DNA of 38,384 bases from a virus (IMGVR_UViG_3300045988_055146:1-38384); one strand, 5' to 3'; positions 1 through 6,835 are shown, numbered from the stretch's first letter. A program made the numbers and translations. Notes: generated from the sequence alone by a model not told the origin.

Positions 1-55
1 CGTCGTTCTCTCGTTTATAAAAGTTAAGAAAGGATAATCAGCTATGAAAGAAAAA
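1..55 (+). repeat. Terminal overlap, copy 1 (identical to 38330-38384)
   Basis: CGTCGTTCTCTCGTTTATAAAAGTTAAGAAAGGATAATCAGCTATGAAAGAAAAA is found at both window ends by direct reading. Confidence 0.95.
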
Positions 56-370
56 CTCTCATCTGTCCTTGGATGGTTCGGCTATGTTCTCTACATAGCT
101 ATCCTCGCTGTATTTGTTGTCGTCCCAGTCTCAACTATTGGGCTGCCACGATGGGTGAGCACAGTGCTCATCTTCCTCTGTTTCTTCTGGCCGTCGCTTG
201 GCTCTGTTCTTGTTTTCGCTGCATACATATGGGGTCTCGTCGTCACTCTTGGACAGCCGATTGATAAGTGGTCTATTGTTTTCTTTGTTGTATTTGCTGT
301 GTGGGTTCTGATTCGCGTAGCCCCCATCGTCATTGCCTCTATCGCCTCACGGCGCGAAAACGGCGATTGA
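44..370 (+). CDS. Small polytopic membrane protein (about 4 hydrophobic segments), function unknown
   Basis: 108-aa ORF with AAAGGA about 9 nt upstream. The sequence is almost entirely hydrophobic (VLYIAILAVFVVVPV, VLIFLCFFWPSLGSVLVFAAYIWGLVV, IVFFVVFAVWVLI). It lies in the plus-strand lysogeny module. Confidence 0.7.
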   Translation: MKEKLSSVLGWFGYVLYIAILAVFVVVPVSTIGLPRWVSTVLIFLCFFWPSLGSVLVFAAYIWGLVVTLGQPIDKWSIVFFVVFAVWVLIRVAPIVIASIASRRENGD

Positions 371-459
371 GTGAATCTGCTTTTTATTTAAGTCACTTAG
401 AGTATAATTTGAATTAGTTAATTTGTCAAGCATTATTTTTTAAGTGGCTCAATTTTTTC

Positions 460-488
460 TTGACTTTCTTTTCTCTCACTGTTATATT
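460..488 (+). promoter_or_regulatory. Sigma70-like promoter TTGACT-17-TATATT upstream of the CI-like gene
   Basis: TTGACT is at 460-465, followed by a 17-nt spacer and TATATT at 483-488. It sits in a visibly A+T-rich intergenic region (371-511). Confidence 0.5.
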
Positions 489-511
489 GATTCTCGAAGG
501 AGGTGATAAGT

Positions 512-919
512 ATGGATACTTTAGGCACCCGCATCGAGCAAGTATTCAAGGCTGTGGGAATAAAAAAGATAGATGCCGCGCGGAGATTGAATGTCTCTTC
601 TGCATTCATTACTAAACTTTGCAAGGGCGAGACCGGAGCCAGCGACCGCACGATCTCGGACATCTGCCGTGAGTTCGGCGTCAATGAGCTGTGGCTGCGG
701 CATGGCGACGAGGGCGGGCCGATGTTCAAGGAGCTCTCCCGCAAGGACGCTATCGCCGCCTATATGGGGCAGCTCCTCGGCGGCCAGCGCACGGAGCTGG
801 AGGAGAAGATCATCGAGTTCATGGGCCGCACCACCGTCAAGGAATGGAACATGCTCCTTGACATCATGCGTCCCCTCGCCGAAGAGATAGCCGAAATAGA
901 AAAACCGCCCGACGCTTAA
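512..919 (+). CDS. XRE-family helix-turn-helix regulator, CI-like repressor candidate
   Basis: The ORF track gives 503-919 (GTG start), but the ATG at 512 lies 8 nt after GAAGGAGG. The N-terminus LGTRIEQVFKAVGIKKIDAARRLNVSSAFITKLCKGE is a classic Cro/CI-type HTH. A C-terminal domain of about 70 aa follows. Confidence 0.8.
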   Translation: MDTLGTRIEQVFKAVGIKKIDAARRLNVSSAFITKLCKGETGASDRTISDICREFGVNELWLRHGDEGGPMFKELSRKDAIAAYMGQLLGGQRTELEEKIIEFMGRTTVKEWNMLLDIMRPLAEEIAEIEKPPDA

Positions 920-936
920 TGCGCCGGGCGGTTTTT
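901..936. terminator. Bidirectional rho-independent terminator
   Basis: AAAA + CCGCCCG ... CGGGCGG + TTTTT. The stem spans 905-931 with an inner CGC/GCG pairing. The TAA stop of the 512-919 gene lies in the loop. Confidence 0.7.
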
Positions 937-941
937 CTTTC

Positions 942-1115
942 TCACTCCATCATGTTGTCAAGCATCAGCAGTATGTACCTCAGCTGTTCCTCCGTTGCCC
1001 TGTTGAGCCTTTCCTCTATCAGTCCTCTCATTGCGTCCATGTCCTCCGGCCTCTCCTGTATGCCGGGCAGCACCGTCTCCGGCAGCACCCGCAGCATCCA
1101 TACATTCCGATACAT
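942..1115 (-). CDS. Hypothetical small protein (57 aa; possibly 32 aa from the internal ATG at 1040)
   Basis: Not in the ORF track (under 60 aa). Hand translation gives MYRNVWMLRVLPETVLPGIQERPEDMDAMRGLIEERLNRATEEQLRYILLMLDNMME. It looks helical and protein-like, whereas the antisense track ORF 919-1119 is Ser-rich junk. There is no SD before the ATG at 1115, but GGAGAGG/GGAGG lies before the ATG at 1040. It is bracketed by a minus-strand promoter (1219-1247) and the 901-936 terminator. Confidence 0.35.
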   Translation of the reverse strand: MYRNVWMLRVLPETVLPGIQERPEDMDAMRGLIEERLNRATEEQLRYILLMLDNMME

Positions 1116-1149
1116 GTAAGTCTGTACATCGCGCTACACATCCCTTTCC

Positions 1150-1178
1150 TTGACATTTTTTTCTTAACGGCGTATATT
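1150..1178 (+). promoter_or_regulatory. Sigma70-like promoter TTGACA-17-TATATT for the HTH-TM / integrase pair
   Basis: TTGACA at 1150-1155, 17-nt spacer, TATATT at 1173-1178. TTAAC / GTTAA half-sites (1164-1168, 1179-1183, 1191-1196) flank the -10. Confidence 0.5.
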
Positions 1179-1218
1179 GTTAATGAACTGTTAACGGCAG
1201 CTTTCTTTTCCTGTCCCC

Positions 1219-1247
1219 ATACTATTCCGGCTTTCGCCCGCCGTCAA
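1219..1247 (-). promoter_or_regulatory. Sigma70-like promoter TTGACG-17-TAGTAT on the minus strand, convergent with the 1150-1178 promoter
   Basis: Reverse complement of 1242-1247 is TTGACG, followed by a 17-nt spacer. Reverse complement of 1219-1224 is TAGTAT. It would read into the 942-1115 ORF. Confidence 0.4.
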
Positions 1248-1323
1248 CGCCCACTGTTGTCTTTTCCCTGTCCAAGTTTGCCGACAGGTTTGTCATATAA
1301 TTTTTTTGAAGGAGGATGTGCTT

Positions 1324-1806
1324 TTGTTTGTTAACCGAGAAGACGTGATCGACCGAATATGCGCGCTGGTCGAGGCCAGCGGACATACATATACGGAGAT
1401 CGCCGCTCATTGCGGCGTGGATGCGAGGACCATCCAGCGCAATCTTAATCCCAATGCCAAGAGCCCGTCGTTCGAGCTGCTCTGTGACATCATCGTCTTC
1501 TGCGGCGGCAGTGTCGATGCCGTCATCGGCCTTGAGCATCAGGGCGACAGGATCATCACCGTGGCTAATGAGCCGCTGGAGGCGCAGCTGCGCGCCGAGG
1601 CTTGCCGTGAGCGCCGCCGTGCTGAGCGTGCCGAGCGCACGAAGAGCCTGCTCATTGCTTTCTTCATCGTTGTTTTAATCGTTGTCATTGTCGACCTGCT
1701 CAATCCCAACGTCGGCTGGATCAGGTACATTCTCACCCCGCAGGCTGCCGCCTTTTCCGAGAATACCGCCGCCGTCATTCTCAGCGTCCCTTGGAGGCTG
1801 CCATGA
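1324..1806 (+). CDS. Membrane-anchored helix-turn-helix protein (XRE-like HTH + Arg/Glu-rich linker + C-terminal TM helix)
   Basis: The ORF track gives 1306-1806 (TTG start), but the TTG at 1324 is 8 nt after GGAGG (1311-1315). The HTH is SGHTYTEIAAHCGVDARTIQRN. The linker RAEACRERRRAERAERTK is followed by the TM segment LLIAFFIVVLIVVIVDLL. The stop overlaps the integrase ATG (ATGA at 1803-1806). Confidence 0.75.
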   Translation: MFVNREDVIDRICALVEASGHTYTEIAAHCGVDARTIQRNLNPNAKSPSFELLCDIIVFCGGSVDAVIGLEHQGDRIITVANEPLEAQLRAEACRERRRAERAERTKSLLIAFFIVVLIVVIVDLLNPNVGWIRYILTPQAAAFSENTAAVILSVPWRLP

Positions 1807-3395
1807 AAAAGAATGTTCACGGTGCCTACATCCTTGCCCGCTACAGCACCGACCGGCAGGATGAGGACAGCATTGATGTTCAGGTGCGCAAGTGCTCCCT
1901 CTGGTGTGACGAGCACGGCCTCCCGGTCCTTGACGTTTTCGCCGACCTTGCCGTCTCCGGCATGAAGGATTCCCGCCCCGAGTATGACCGCATGATGGCG
2001 CAGCTCTCCCGCGGCGGGGCCGACACTGTTGTTATCTATGACCAGTCCCGCATGTTCCGCAAGCTGACCGCGTGGTTCGACTTCCGCGAAACGGTTGAGC
2101 GCTTCGGCGTCCGTGTCGTCTCCGTCACTCAGCCGATGGTTGGCGGCGACCTGCGCGACCCCACCAACTTTCTGACCGAGGGCAGCATGGCTCTCTTCAA
2201 CCAGATCTGGGTCTTGCAGACGCGGCAGAAGGTCACGGAGAAAATGCGCTACATGGCGCAGCAGGGGAAGCATACCGGCGGCAATCCGCCTCTGGGCTAC
2301 ACTGTCGTTGACGGGCGGTATGCCGTCTGCGAACCGGAGGCTGAGATAGTCCGCTCCATTTTCCGCTGGTACGCTTCCGGCAGAACATACCGTGAGATCA
2401 TCCGTGCCCTTAACGACGCCGGGCATACCACAAGGGCCGGCAACTCTTTCGGCGCAAACTCTCTGCATGACCTGCTCAAAAATGAAAAGTATATCGGCGT
2501 CCTCACCTACGGCAAAGTCGAGAAGCGCCCGGACGGCAGCCGCAATTCTCACTCCACCGCAGCTTCCGTTATCCGTGTCGAGGATGCCATTCCCGCCATC
2601 ATTGATAAAAGCACATGGGAGACCGTGCAGCGCAAGATGCAGGCGAACAAGCGCAGTCAGGCCGGGCGTGCGCCCACCGTGCGGGAGTACCCGCTCAAAG
2701 GCAAAGTGTTCTGCGGCGAGTGTAAAAGCGCCATGGTCGTTACCAAGTCAAAGGGTAAGTATTATTACTATGCCTGCTCTGCCAAGCGGCGCACGGGCGA
2801 GTGCGGCTGCATGCCTATCCGCGTTGACGATCTTGAGGCGCGCGTGGCGGACGCCATGCGTAAGCTTCTGAGTAACTCCGCCAATGTCGAGCGCCTTGTC
2901 TCCATCCTGCGCGTGGAGCGTGAGAAGCTTCAGGGCAGCGCAGGTGAAAAGCTTCAGCAGCTTGTCGCACGCCGCAGCGCTGTCGAGAAACGTATTGACG
3001 CCGCTGTCAATGCCGTGCTGTCCGGCCTGAACAGTCCCGCTCTTTCCGCCAAGCTCACCGAGCTTGAGGCGGAAAAAGCAAAGCTGGAGCATGATATGCT
3101 CCAGCTCAAAGCCCAGGTCTCCGGCTCGTCGGTTTCCGAAGACCGGCTGCGTGAGATACTAGGCGTTCTCACTCAATCCCCAGAAGCCGACGATCTGCTT
3201 CTGAGCATGTTAGTCCGCGTGGAGGTTTACGCCGATCACTTGAAATTCTGGACGCTGCTTGACCCTACGCCCGGCGGCGACTTCGATTTCACAAGTAACA
3301 CCGGCGACGTTATAACAATTTCGGGTGTTCCTCCACCGGCACCATCAATTCTTATAACACAAAACATGCTTTGTTTTTGTGTGCCAAGAAAATAA
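1803..3395 (+). CDS. int: Large serine recombinase (phage integrase)
   Basis: The resolvase-type N-terminus is AYILARYSTDRQDEDSIDVQ (catalytic Ser motif). A recombinase domain follows, then a Cys zinc-ribbon (CGECKS...YYACSAKRRTGECGC) and a long coiled coil. The ATG at 1803 is preceded by GGAGG. The ORF track start at 1791 is probably too long. Confidence 0.95.
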   Translation: MKKNVHGAYILARYSTDRQDEDSIDVQVRKCSLWCDEHGLPVLDVFADLAVSGMKDSRPEYDRMMAQLSRGGADTVVIYDQSRMFRKLTAWFDFRETVERFGVRVVSVTQPMVGGDLRDPTNFLTEGSMALFNQIWVLQTRQKVTEKMRYMAQQGKHTGGNPPLGYTVVDGRYAVCEPEAEIVRSIFRWYASGRTYREIIRALNDAGHTTRAGNSFGANSLHDLLKNEKYIGVLTYGKVEKRPDGSRNSHSTAASVIRVEDAIPAIIDKSTWETVQRKMQANKRSQAGRAPTVREYPLKGKVFCGECKSAMVVTKSKGKYYYYACSAKRRTGECGCMPIRVDDLEARVADAMRKLLSNSANVERLVSILRVEREKLQGSAGEKLQQLVARRSAVEKRIDAAVNAVLSGLNSPALSAKLTELEAEKAKLEHDMLQLKAQVSGSSVSEDRLREILGVLTQSPEADDLLLSMLVRVEVYADHLKFWTLLDPTPGGDFDFTSNTGDVITISGVPPPAPSILITQNMLCFCVPRK

Positions 3396-3404
3396 AACGG
3401 TCAA

Positions 3405-3432
3405 AGAGCCGGGGCCTTGTGGCTCCGGCTCT
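3405..3432. terminator. Perfect GC-rich hairpin between convergent integrase and late-cassette genes (terminator; attP core is an alternative)
   Basis: AGAGCCGGGGCC-TTGT-GGCTCCGGCTCT forms a 12-bp stem with one G-U pair. On the minus strand it is followed by TTGACCGTTTTATTTTCTT. Confidence 0.6.
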
Positions 3433-3434
3433 CC

Positions 3435-3467
3435 GTTTCAATGCTCTACTATGCAGTCATAGTAGAC
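3435..3467 (-). repeat. CRISPR-repeat-like stem-loop ending in ATTGAAAC (second, degenerate solitary unit)
   Basis: The minus strand reads GT-CTACTATG-ACTG-CATAGTAG-AGC-ATTGAAAC. This is a perfect 8-bp stem with a tetraloop and the 8-nt ATTGAAAC tail. The TGA inside the tail is the stop codon of CDS 3438-3992, and the 3405-3432 hairpin follows 2 nt later. Confidence 0.4.
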
Positions 3468-3992
3468 TGCCAGCTTGTCCTCGACCGCATCATCGTCGTC
3501 GAGAAAAGCCTCCGCCATGCAGGCGAAGAAGTCTGCGTTGTCCACGCCGAACTTCTTTGCTGCGTCGCCGTAGTCTGAGTACAGCATGTTCATTGCCGCC
3601 CAGAACTCGTGCGCCTCGCAGTCAAGCTGCTTCTTCTCCAGCAGCTTGTTTGTCTGGTCAATGCTCCAGTGCGGGCCGGTCCTGCCGTCTCCGTTGCGGA
3701 TGTGCATCATCCAGTCCTTCGCGTCTTCCCAGCTCAGGCCGCCATTGCCGTAGCCGCCGTACCCGCGGTCGTAGTCGGCGCGGCTCCCGCCGCCGGTGGT
3801 GCGCATTCCGCCGCGGCGCGCATACGGGTCTCTGTCAAAGCCTATGCGGTTAGGCTCGCGGTATCTCCGCTCCCGCTCATAGCGCGGCGTATAGTCTTCG
3901 TCATAGCGCGGCTGCCTCATGTCGTCGTAGCGTCCGTCGCGTCCGGGCTCCACGCCGCTGTCCGGCAGATATATCATGCGTGATCTCCTCAT
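3438..3992 (-). CDS. Hypothetical protein: Arg/Asp/Tyr/Gly-rich disordered N-half + helical acidic C-terminal domain
   Basis: 184-aa ORF whose ATG overlaps the upstream stop (ATGA at 3989-3992). The N-half is PRYDEDYTPRYERERRYREPNRIGFDRDPYARRGG...DYDRGYGGYGNGG. The C-half is WSIDQTNKLLEKKQLDCEAHEFWAAMNMLYSDY...FLDDDDAVEDKL. Confidence 0.75.
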   Translation of the reverse strand: MRRSRMIYLPDSGVEPGRDGRYDDMRQPRYDEDYTPRYERERRYREPNRIGFDRDPYARRGGMRTTGGGSRADYDRGYGGYGNGGLSWEDAKDWMMHIRNGDGRTGPHWSIDQTNKLLEKKQLDCEAHEFWAAMNMLYSDYGDAAKKFGVDNADFFACMAEAFLDDDDAVEDKLAVYYDCIVEH

Positions 3993-4381
3993 GCTCCTGC
4001 ACCTCCTGTCGCAGCGCTGACAGCCGCCAGCGAGTAGTCAGGGGAGCAGCACGGAGATCCGAGCATCCGGAAGTTTGCTCCCGTCGCGCTCGTGTTCACC
4101 ACCACGCTGTACTTTGTCCGTGTCCTTATCCCGCAGGCCGTCACCTGTGCGCAGCAGCGGTTCACCAGCGGGAACGTCGTCGTGCCCGTGCCTATCGTGA
4201 ACACCACCGGCGCACCGATGATTGCGGTTGAGGGGATTGTCTGCGCTATCACAACGCAGTACTTCTCCCCGTCGGCGTAGCTGCCGTCCGGCAGGTTGAC
4301 AGTGAGCACCCCGTCTGCGTAGGTCACGGCCTGACTGAGGACAAGCCTCTTGCAGAGGCGGCATACATTCTTACAAGCCAT
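3989..4381 (-). CDS. Hypothetical Cys-rich, beta-rich small protein
   Basis: 130-aa ORF with AAGGAG 9 nt upstream. It has an N-terminal CKNVCRLCKRL, an internal NRCCAQVTAC, and a C-terminal GSPCCSPDY. Confidence 0.75.
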   Translation of the reverse strand: MACKNVCRLCKRLVLSQAVTYADGVLTVNLPDGSYADGEKYCVVIAQTIPSTAIIGAPVVFTIGTGTTTFPLVNRCCAQVTACGIRTRTKYSVVVNTSATGANFRMLGSPCCSPDYSLAAVSAATGGAGA

Positions 4382-4398
4382 CGTTCATTCTCCTTTCA

Positions 4399-4419
4399 GG
4401 GGCGGCGTTCAGCCGCCCC
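4399..4419 (-). promoter_or_regulatory. Intercistronic GC stem-loop (no U-tract)
   Basis: GGGGCGGC-GTTCA-GCCGCCCC is a perfect 8-bp stem. It lies between the stop of 4433-5209 and the RBS of 3989-4381. Confidence 0.5.
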
Positions 4420-4432
4420 GATCTGTTTGTCC

Positions 4433-5209
4433 TCAGTATCCGCAGCCGCTGCATCCGTTGCCGTTGCTGCATCCCGCATACTGAAACGGCGTCGGAACGC
4501 TGAACGAAGGCACCGGGCGCGGATTGTAGTACGTGAACTGGTTGTTCACATAGGTCTTGAGAGAATCCGTCTGCGCCGCCTGTGAGCCTGTCAGTGCAGC
4601 CATGAACAGCTGACGGTCCTGCTCTGCTATTCTTGCGTCCTTGGCCGCAAGCTCCTGCATGGTCAGGCGCTGGTCTATGCCGCGGAAGCCTGCATTGAGT
4701 GCGTCAATGACATCTCTGGTGGAAGTCTGCACGGTGTTGCGCGTGTCGCATGCCTGCGTTGCCATGTCGTAGCGTACCTGTGCAATGGCCGCGCGGTTCT
4801 CGCAGCAGCAGTTGTCCGCCGCCCTCTGCATACCGTAGAGCTGCTGCATCAGCGCCGCCTGCTGGTTGGCGCGGCTCAACTCCGCGGACATAAAACCATT
4901 CGACATGCTCTGCTGCACGCCGTTGACAAGCTGCGCCTGCCCATAAAAGCCGTCGCACAGTCCGTTGTTCACTCCGTCTATCTTTCTCTCAAGATTGGCG
5001 AAGTCCGACGTAAGCACGTACCCGGCCATGGCCGCGCCGCTTCCGGCGTTGCTGCCGCCGTCATTGCCCCCGCCGCCGTAGCCGTTGCGCCCCCAGCCGA
5101 AGAGCAGTGCTATGATGATTATTGCGGCGAGCCCGTCGCCGCCGAGGAAGCTGTTGCAGCTCCCGCTCCCCGCCACATCCACGACGGGGATTGCCTCATT
5201 GTAAGACAT
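4433..5209 (-). CDS. Hypothetical membrane-anchored protein: TM helix, Gly-rich linker, Gln-rich coiled coil, Cys-rich C-terminus
   Basis: 258-aa ORF with AGGAG 9 nt upstream. The TM segment is LAAIIIIALLFGWG, followed by the linker GYGGGGNDGGSNAGSG. It contains an internal CCCEN motif and ends in AGCSNGNGCSGCGY. Confidence 0.8.
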   Translation of the reverse strand: MSYNEAIPVVDVAGSGSCNSFLGGDGLAAIIIIALLFGWGRNGYGGGGNDGGSNAGSGAAMAGYVLTSDFANLERKIDGVNNGLCDGFYGQAQLVNGVQQSMSNGFMSAELSRANQQAALMQQLYGMQRAADNCCCENRAAIAQVRYDMATQACDTRNTVQTSTRDVIDALNAGFRGIDQRLTMQELAAKDARIAEQDRQLFMAALTGSQAAQTDSLKTYVNNQFTYYNPRPVPSFSVPTPFQYAGCSNGNGCSGCGY

Positions 5210-5313
5210 TGTTTGTTTCTCCTATCAATTTATTTACACCGGGCCGTACGCTCCCGCTGTATTTCGGGTGCGCAGTTTTTCGTCAAGTGCCTGCTAAACT
5301 GATAGGGGATTGC

Positions 5314-5640
5314 TCACATAAGGCCTATGCCTTTTGCTATCTCTTCAATGCTCGTGCCGCGCTCCGCCGCCATGTTCTGCGCCATCTGCCTGAGCTGCTG
5401 TGCGTCCTTGCCTTGCAGCATGCCGAGTGCCTGCTGCATCTGTGGGTTCTGCTGCGACATCTGCTGTAATACCGGCGCAAGGTTCCCGCTCTTGTATGCG
5501 CTCACGAGTGTCATAATGGTCTCTGCTTCCGTCGCCATCTGGCCCATCTGCTTCATGCTGCCTATGGCCTGCGTCGCCATGCCCTTGATGTTGTTCATCA
5601 TCTGCGGCGGGATGATGTTTCCAAGCATACTATTCTGCAT
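5314..5640 (-). CDS. Hypothetical Gln/Met-rich small protein
   Basis: 108-aa ORF with GAGGAG 8 nt upstream. Composition is strongly biased (QQMSQQNPQMQQALGMLQGKDAQQLRQMAQNM). Confidence 0.7.
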   Translation of the reverse strand: MQNSMLGNIIPPQMMNNIKGMATQAIGSMKQMGQMATEAETIMTLVSAYKSGNLAPVLQQMSQQNPQMQQALGMLQGKDAQQLRQMAQNMAAERGTSIEEIAKGIGLM

Positions 5641-5998
5641 CGTCTTTTCTCCTCTGCGTCTTCTTCGCCGTCAGCTCTGCGCGCAGCGCCTCAAGGTCTG
5701 CCAGCGTCGCATACTTCGGCTGCTCCTCCGGCGGAGAATACAAGAAGTCCATCAGCTCCGTCGAGCCCTTGGCCGGATTGAATCTCTTGAAGTAGATCAC
5801 GCCGTGTCCGAAATCCGGCATGAATAATCCGGGGCTCATAAAGTCCACCTGCGCCCCGACTGCTTCTTCTCTGCTGCCTACCGGGCGGACGGAATATCCC
5901 GGCTGCGGTGCCTGAGCCATCGGCCCCGGCATGTTCCCGCTCTGCATCTGATACTGCGGCTGTCCGTAGTACGGCGCGCCGTTCATGTTGTATCCCAT
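5630..5998 (-). CDS. Hypothetical protein: Pro/Gln/Tyr-rich N-terminus + conserved-looking core
   Basis: 122-aa ORF. The N-terminus is GAPYYGQPQYQMQSGNMPGPMAQAPQPGY. The core is VRPVGSREEAVGAQVDFMSPGLFMPDFGHGVIYFKRF. Confidence 0.75.
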   Translation of the reverse strand: MGYNMNGAPYYGQPQYQMQSGNMPGPMAQAPQPGYSVRPVGSREEAVGAQVDFMSPGLFMPDFGHGVIYFKRFNPAKGSTELMDFLYSPPEEQPKYATLADLEALRAELTAKKTQRRKDDAE

Positions 5999-6026
5999 GC
6001 TGTCACATCCTTTCTGCGTCTATTAT

Positions 6027-6066
6027 CTCAAAACGAAAGCACCGCCGGGTGAATCCCTGCGGTGCT
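6027..6066 (-). terminator. Rho-independent terminator after the sigma-r4-like gene
   Basis: AGCACCGC(C)GGG-TGAAT-CCC(T)GCGGTGCT forms an 8+3 bp stem. On the minus strand it is followed by TTCGTTTTGAG. T-rich tails are present on both strands. Confidence 0.6.
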
Positions 6067-6084
6067 TTTGTGTACTTGTGTGCA

Positions 6085-6348
6085 TTACTGCGGTATCTTT
6101 GAAATCAAGGATGCAGTGCGCCGTATCTGCGGCGTGATAGCTTTCAGCCTTCGCGTCACGGTCGAGCGCTCCCGCCCCACGATCACTGCCACGTCTGCCT
6201 GTGGGAGGCGCTCTATGTAGTACTTCATAGCTATCTGCTCATCCATTCTCCCGAGCCCTGCCTGTTTGATGGCGGTCACTCTGTCGTCGCGCATAAGTGC
6301 TGCCAGCTCTGCGGGCAGGCTTCCTCTCGCCGCATTGTAGTATTCCAT
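6085..6348 (-). CDS. Small DNA-binding protein with sigma-70 region-4-like HTH
   Basis: The ORF track gives 6085-6414, but the ATG at 6348 is preceded by GGGAGG (5-nt spacer) and avoids overlap with the holin. DEQIAMKYYIERLPQADVAVIVGRERSTVTRRLKAI resembles a sigma/LuxR-type C-terminal HTH. Confidence 0.6.
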   Translation of the reverse strand: MEYYNAARGSLPAELAALMRDDRVTAIKQAGLGRMDEQIAMKYYIERLPQADVAVIVGRERSTVTRRLKAITPQIRRTASLISKIPQ

Positions 6349-6364
6349 AGCCGCCTCCCTGTTT

Positions 6365-6835
6365 TCAGTCTCCCTTGTTTCTGTCGTGCTCCAGCTTCTC
6401 CTTGTACTGCTCAAGTCCCTTTTTGAGCCATGCCGGCACCGGCGCGCCGAGCTTCCCGGCGTTTTCGATTATGCTGCCTAGCTCTGTAATTATGTACCAC
6501 AGCAGTACTATCGGCGTCACGTAGGTTCCCGTGTCAATGCCGAGGTCAATGCCCGCTCCGCTTATTATTACGCCTATTGCAATGTCGCAGAGCGCCGCTA
6601 CCATCACGGCTATGATCTCGCCGAGCTTGTGCCACAGTCCCGCGCGGGCTACGGCGCTTGACCATTCCCCGGCGCTGCGCGCCGCCCATGATCCGGTTGC
6701 ATAGTCCAGCAGGATGCAGGCCACCCAGACGATCACCGCCCAGCCTACCCAACCCCACAGTGCCGTGAAGAACGCTATAACGGCGGTAAACGCCGCCTTG
6801 ATTTCCAATGCTTTGTCAGGTGCAGTCATTTTCAT
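6365..6835 (-). CDS. Holin (Phage_holin_4_1 / LL-H-like family)
   Basis: ACILLDYATGSWAARSAGEWSSAVARAGLWHKLGEIIAVMVAALCD and three hydrophobic helices are typical of this holin family. ATGs at 6835 and 6829 follow AAGGAG. The ORF track extends to a GTG at 6877. Confidence 0.85.
   Translation of the reverse strand: MKMTAPDKALEIKAAFTAVIAFFTALWGWVGWAVIVWVACILLDYATGSWAARSAGEWSSAVARAGLWHKLGEIIAVMVAALCDIAIGVIISGAGIDLGIDTGTYVTPIVLLWYIITELGSIIENAGKLGAPVPAWLKKGLEQYKEKLEHDRNKGD

Noticed and set aside
919-1119. 66-aa plus-strand ORF after the repressor-like gene
   Set aside because: It starts inside the terminator and is Ser/Leu low-complexity sequence. The opposite strand encodes a more protein-like 57-aa ORF flanked by a promoter and a terminator.
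1539-2552. 337-aa minus-strand ORF antisense to the integrase gene
   Set aside because: It lies entirely within, and opposite to, the well-supported serine recombinase gene. Its composition is Ala/Arg/Gly-rich and it has no RBS. This is a typical shadow ORF of G+C-rich DNA.
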